From positions 91,074,540 to 91,138,347 of the forward strand of contig NC_068983.1 in the NCBI RefSeq assembly GCF_001194135.2: a stretch of 63,808 nucleotides of DNA, written 5' to 3'. Of this stretch, positions 59,310 to 63,808 are shown in pieces; within the stretch, counting starts at the first letter, position 1; every line of letters begins with the position of its first letter. The translations under genes and the position numbers were made by a program. The stretch is from Octopus bimaculoides (Eukaryota). Below the pieces are notes generated by a model that did no database searches, had not been told where the DNA came from, and saw nothing but the letters and a program-made list of their open reading frames with translations.

Positions 59310-59900
59310 TTTCTGTAAGCAAACACCTAAATCAATGCCTCGTAAACATAAACCCGAAATACCAAATCTTTCCTCTCTATAAATGCACCAGAAACACTTC
59401 AACCCAATTCCGTTTAAATAAGGGAAGCATACACATTAAAAAATATAAACCACAGCTGAATATTCTTTAGAAAGAAGAAAAAACACTAAAGAGGAAAAGG
59501 AAAAAAGACTCAATTTTCCCACAAGCAGGAACAACAGACAATTTTAAAAACTTTAGTAACAGTTTTCTACCCGGTTTTCAAAACCACAACTCCAAATCAC
59601 CATACAAACACCAGTTGCAGACATCACCCATCTCTAGACCAATGAAATTTTACAAACACCAGTTGCTGATGTCATCTAACTCTAGACCAATGAAATTTTA
59701 CAAACACCAGTTGCTGATGTCATCTAACTCTAGACCAATGAAATTTTACCTCCAATCAAAACTGAACTTCAGCAAATACAACAAAATGACCCTTGATGAG
59801 GATCAACCAACCAGGCAGAATGATAAACTTGACCGCCAGAAAAACAAGGTGTCACTAGTACTTTGACAAATCAAAAAAATCAGATCTGCTCACGGAAAAA
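59310..59900 (+). mobile_element. Penelope-like 3' fragment with a 48-bp tandem repeat (~59620-59748)
   Basis: YQIFPLYKC..FRLNKGSIHIKKYKPQLN resembles the GIY-YIG C-terminus; unit TCTAGACCAATGAAATTTTACAAACACCAGTTGCTGATGTCATCTAAC occurs about 2.5 times. Confidence 0.6.
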
Positions 59901-60349
59901 AATTATGAATACACCAGATTCCAAAATACACTGTTACAAGTGAAAGTTCGTCCACATGACGGAAAGGGAATCGAAGAAATTGTAAACCAAATCCCTTTTT
60001 TTTACTATCTTCATTTCTCCCTCTTAACTCAGTATGACTGAAACTTTGATGATATTTATTTCTTGTTGATCACTACTAACACTAATGGACATTGTACATT
60101 TAAACAAGTTGATGTACAGTTTTTATATAATTGACTGTTATGAACATTTAAACTTGTCAGCACTGAAACTTTTAAGCATCTGTTTCTAATTCATAATTCT
60201 AAATTTTTACCATTGATAAACAAAAAATATTGTCAAAACTAGTTTGTTATATGTCAATAAATTTATTTTAAACAATTACAAGTTTTTCAAATTGAAGTGC
60301 ATTTTCAACAAATTTGCCTATATTTTTTCCTGTTATATATATATATTCA

Positions 60350-61640
60350 TGCTTTCCATAATTGTGTGCAGGTGTGACAAATATATGCTAGTGTAGTTGC
60401 AACAATGTTGTTTATGGGGGGGGGGGTTGAACTAAGGTTTGGAGTAGGGTAAGGGAAGAGGGAAGGAGTATACATACATTGATGTGTGTGTGTATGTATG
60501 CATGGGTATGTTTGTTTGCATGCACATACCCCATTTATGGAGGTGAATGTGGAAGGTTGCAGGGGATGCATATGGTTGTGGGGTTAGTCTGCACAGATAT
60601 TGATAGTTAGGAATCCTGTTCTTGGTAGTGGGGCAGCCAATGTTAAGGTGGTGTGTTCGGGTTGTTGGCAGCCAGTGGTTTGAAGTTCACCAAGAGGGCA
60701 CACCTCTGATGGCAGCAAGATAGTTTGTATTTCCTGTTAATAGATATTGCAAGTTGGTGGAGAATGTGCAGTCCTTCATGGAGGCTGAGCTAGCAACTGT
60801 GGGTGCTGAGTGAGTAGGATGGAGCCCTGTCAATAACAGTCCAATTGATGTTGGGTATTTCATTCTGGAGGTCACAGAGTTTCCAGAGGTAATGAGACAA
60901 AGAAGTGGAATTCTTTCTATTCCTGCACCTAAGCGAGTGCATATGCAGTATGTACCTTTCCTTGAAATCAATAGCCATCATGCATGTGTAGTACCTTGTG
61001 ATGCTATTGGATGTTGTAAGGGTGACTCTGTAGACTACAGCCCTTGAGAGGCAGGATTCTCTTAGAGGGCGGCTTGTAGGTTTTTGAAGTTGGAGTTTGT
61101 GCAGGTGCATATTTGCATCTGCTGTAGCATGCAATGTTAGAAGCAATATCATCTAAGCAGGAGGAGATAACCTTAATGTTATATGAGTTGACAAGCTTAT
61201 AGTACTATAAGATTTTCAACCCACATACTGTGTGGGTTTGAATATGCTTCAAGCATATTTGCACTGGTAACACATCTGTATGTGTACACATTGCTGCTTA
61301 ACACTGTTACTCTGTAGTTTATGTATGACAAATTGCTGAATAGTATGACCAGTCACTGAATGATGATGGGAATATCATAAGAGAAACCTCTCTCTCATGT
61401 CAGTTCACAGTGTCTGCTTTCCTGGTCTCCATTGCTTAAGAGGAGATAACCACTCCAAAATATATACATCCAACAATCTGGTTAGGGAATGCTGTGAACT
61501 GACATAGTATGCTTACATCTATCTGTCTACAACAAGAAATATTCTCCATGATAAAATATAGTGAATGGCTTCAAATATGCCTCAGGTATATTTGAACTGG
61601 TAACAAGTTTGTATTTCACTGCTTAACATTGTTACCCCAT
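60350..61640 (-). mobile_element. Penelope-like element fragment (GIY-YIG)
   Basis: PLRESCLSRAVVYRVTL..FKERYILHMHSLR..NSTSLSHYLWKL..NINWTVIDRAPSYS. Confidence 0.88.
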
Positions 61641-61680
61641 GTGTATATGTATCTATCTATTTATCTACCTACCTACCTAT

Positions 61681-62235
61681 ATCATCCTCATCATTTAACG
61701 TCCACTTTCCATGCTGGCATGGGTTGGATGATTTGACTGAGAACTGGCAAACCAGATGGCTACACCAGACTCCAATCTGATCTGGCAGAGTTTCTACAGC
61801 TGGATGCCCTTCCTAATGCCAACCACTCCAAGAGTGTAGTGGGTGCTTTTTATGTGCCATCGGTATGAGGGCCAGTCTTATGGTACTGGCAACAGCCACA
61901 CTCAAATGGTGTTTTTTTACGTGCTACCTGGCCAGGAGTCAGTCCAATGTTTTGTTCACATTCCACTGGCACAAGTGCTAGTAAGGTGAAGCTGGAAACG
62001 ATCGTGCTCAAATGGTGCTTTTTACGTGCCACCGGCACGGAAGTGAGACCGCTGCTCTGGCAGTGATCCCGCTCGGACAGTGTTGTCAGCGCTCCACTGG
62101 CGTGGGTGCCAGTCATTGAATTTGGTTCAGTTTCGATCAATCTCACTTGTCCCAACAGGTCTTCGCAAGCTCAGTTTAGTGTCCAATGAAGGAAGGTTGG
62201 CATGGGTGCCAGTCAAGGAATTTGGTTCAATTTCA
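61681..62235 (-). mobile_element. RTE 3' UTR fragment with (GAT)n tail
   Basis: Homologous to 11272-11900 and 22943-23500. Confidence 0.9.
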
Positions 62236-62741
62236 ATGCATAGCATTTTAATCCTTGTCAGCGACTCTTAATGCCTACAATTGAATTCAACTACCTCTGT
62301 CAATATTATAAGAAAAACTGTTGAAAACCTGTGCTGATTTTCAAAGTGGCAAAACTGTAAACAACAAATTAAATGGGTGGCTTATTAGCAATTTGAACCT
62401 AAAGGCAAAATTAACAGACACTTTTACCACTTTCAAAACCAGGACTTACCTCCTTTTGTCAGTCATTAAGTACGGTGTTTTGTGGCTTTTGAATTATTTT
62501 AATTCTAGTTTCTAGCAATAGCTCGTGTTGGTCAGTATCCTCTGTCACTTTTGTGACCTGTGTTAATTTTGCCTTTAGGTTCAAATTGCTAATAAGCCAC
62601 CCATTTAATTTGATGTTTACACTTTTACCGCTTTGAAAATCAGCACAGGTTTTCAATGGTCTTTCTTATAAGATCGACAGAGGTAGCTGAGTTTAACCCT
62701 ATGCATTAAGAGTCGTTGACGAGGATTAAGATACTATGCAT
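62236..62741. mobile_element. Fold-back MITE with ~180-bp TIRs
   Basis: 62236-62417 is the reverse complement of 62560-62741; this explains the mirror ORFs 62321+ and 62656- with near-identical N-termini. Confidence 0.9.
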
Positions 62742-63534
62742 CAAAGTCCAAAATTGTTCGATCCACCTATATCTATAATATAAATTGAAGTTGGCCGACC
62801 ATTGTATTCTTTCTTGTCTTGAGGTTCACGGCCAAACGGCTGGGTGGATTCGCGTGAAAAATGGTACACATGTAGAGACGGGTGCATAGATTGGAATGCA
62901 CTTTCTATTTTTTTCCTAGCCCCCATACTTACAGAGAAAATCGATTAAAACAACCTGTGTGCATGCATGTATGTGAGTGTGTGTCACTGAAGCCATTCAT
63001 ACATATATACATAATAAACTGAATGATAAATTTCATTTATCTCACTCACTTTCTCTCTCTCTCTCATATACACATACACCATACTCTCTCTGTCGCGCAC
63101 ACCCGATCAAACATACACACTCACATACACACACACACACACACACAGACATACGCACGCACATCAATTCTCCCCTCTCATCACAACTTCAAAAGATCAC
63201 CTTTCCTTTCACTTGGCCGGCTATTGATCCGTATACCATTTCGCTAGCAACAAGGGAAGTACAGGATGACAGTCAGCCAAAGCTTTCGCTATGCTGTCTC
63301 TCTTCTTTCACCTCTTTGTGGGGTTAATAATCTTAATCTATACTTACAGTTTCTCTTTCAAACTACATAATAGGCAGAATTATCAGATTAAGACAGTAGG
63401 GTGTTTTGAGGGAGATTTGGCTGCTATTTCTGTCAGGTCTAGCTACCACGTAGAGGTCTGAACTTAATTTTCATTCACATATTTGCATTTAAAAATTTTA
63501 ACAATCTTTTCCATAAATCAAACTATTGTAAACA

Positions 63535-63568
63535 CATACACATGCGCATGCACGCACACACGCACGCA

Positions 63569-63600
<32 letters not shown>

Positions 63601-63612
63601 CAAACACACACA
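63535..63612. repeat. (CACG)n/(CA)n microsatellite
   Basis: Direct inspection. Confidence 0.95.
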
Positions 63613-63808
63613 CATCCATTCCATATATCTTCTTTCAATTTCTACTCTCTGCAAATAAAATTTTTACGGATACAACTGCTTACAAAAATAGGGATTAATG
63701 TATAATTTCTTTTTATGTTCATAATTAAATCAATGATTAGACAGAGGGCCAATAGAATAGGTCTCAGAAACAGACTATGTACAAATTCGTTCTTCACAAC
63801 TCCTGAAG

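Noticed and set aside
61205-61270. Adjacent hairpins ending in GAAA as a hammerhead ribozyme
   Set aside because: No CTGANGA box is positioned before the stem.
62321-62656. Two opposing ORFs with near-identical N-termini (MKTCADFQSGK...)
   Set aside because: A consequence of the MITE's terminal inverted repeats.
63721-63808. Possible exon at the window edge
   Set aside because: No recognisable protein similarity or strong splice pair; context is cut off.

Overview
AT-rich, repeat-dense animal genomic DNA with several N-gaps, most likely from an Octopus species (inferred from the SINE, RTE and Penelope families; not provable from this window alone). Two host genes are supported, both on the minus strand. 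(1) The 5' part of unc-45 (TPR-containing myosin chaperone): a candidate 15-nt first coding exon at 32893-32907 below an ETS-motif promoter, a ~26.6-kb first intron, then exons at 6048-6252, 2583-2758 and 1147-1242; the gene continues past position 1. (2) Two exons of a DAAM-type formin covering the start of the FH2 domain (53791-53900, 53375-53419). The rest of FH2 cannot be found, and the trail ends next to an exactly 100-N gap. Almost everything else is nested, decayed mobile DNA: RTE-clade LINEs (one full-length with a target-site duplication), several Penelope-like elements, Mag- and CsRn1-type Gypsy remnants, solo LTRs, a Helitron whose empty site is visible in a paralogous LTR, mariner, Tigger, two hAT families, piggyBac, MITEs and tRNA-derived SINEs. 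Most notable: a 13-bp-TSD-flanked inverted Penelope-LTR/R4-type composite carrying degenerate hammerhead-ribozyme motifs, a possible ORF1-only LINE derivative, and the apparently truncated formin. Family assignments rest on motif recognition, not database searches. No rRNA, true tRNA or CRISPR features were found.
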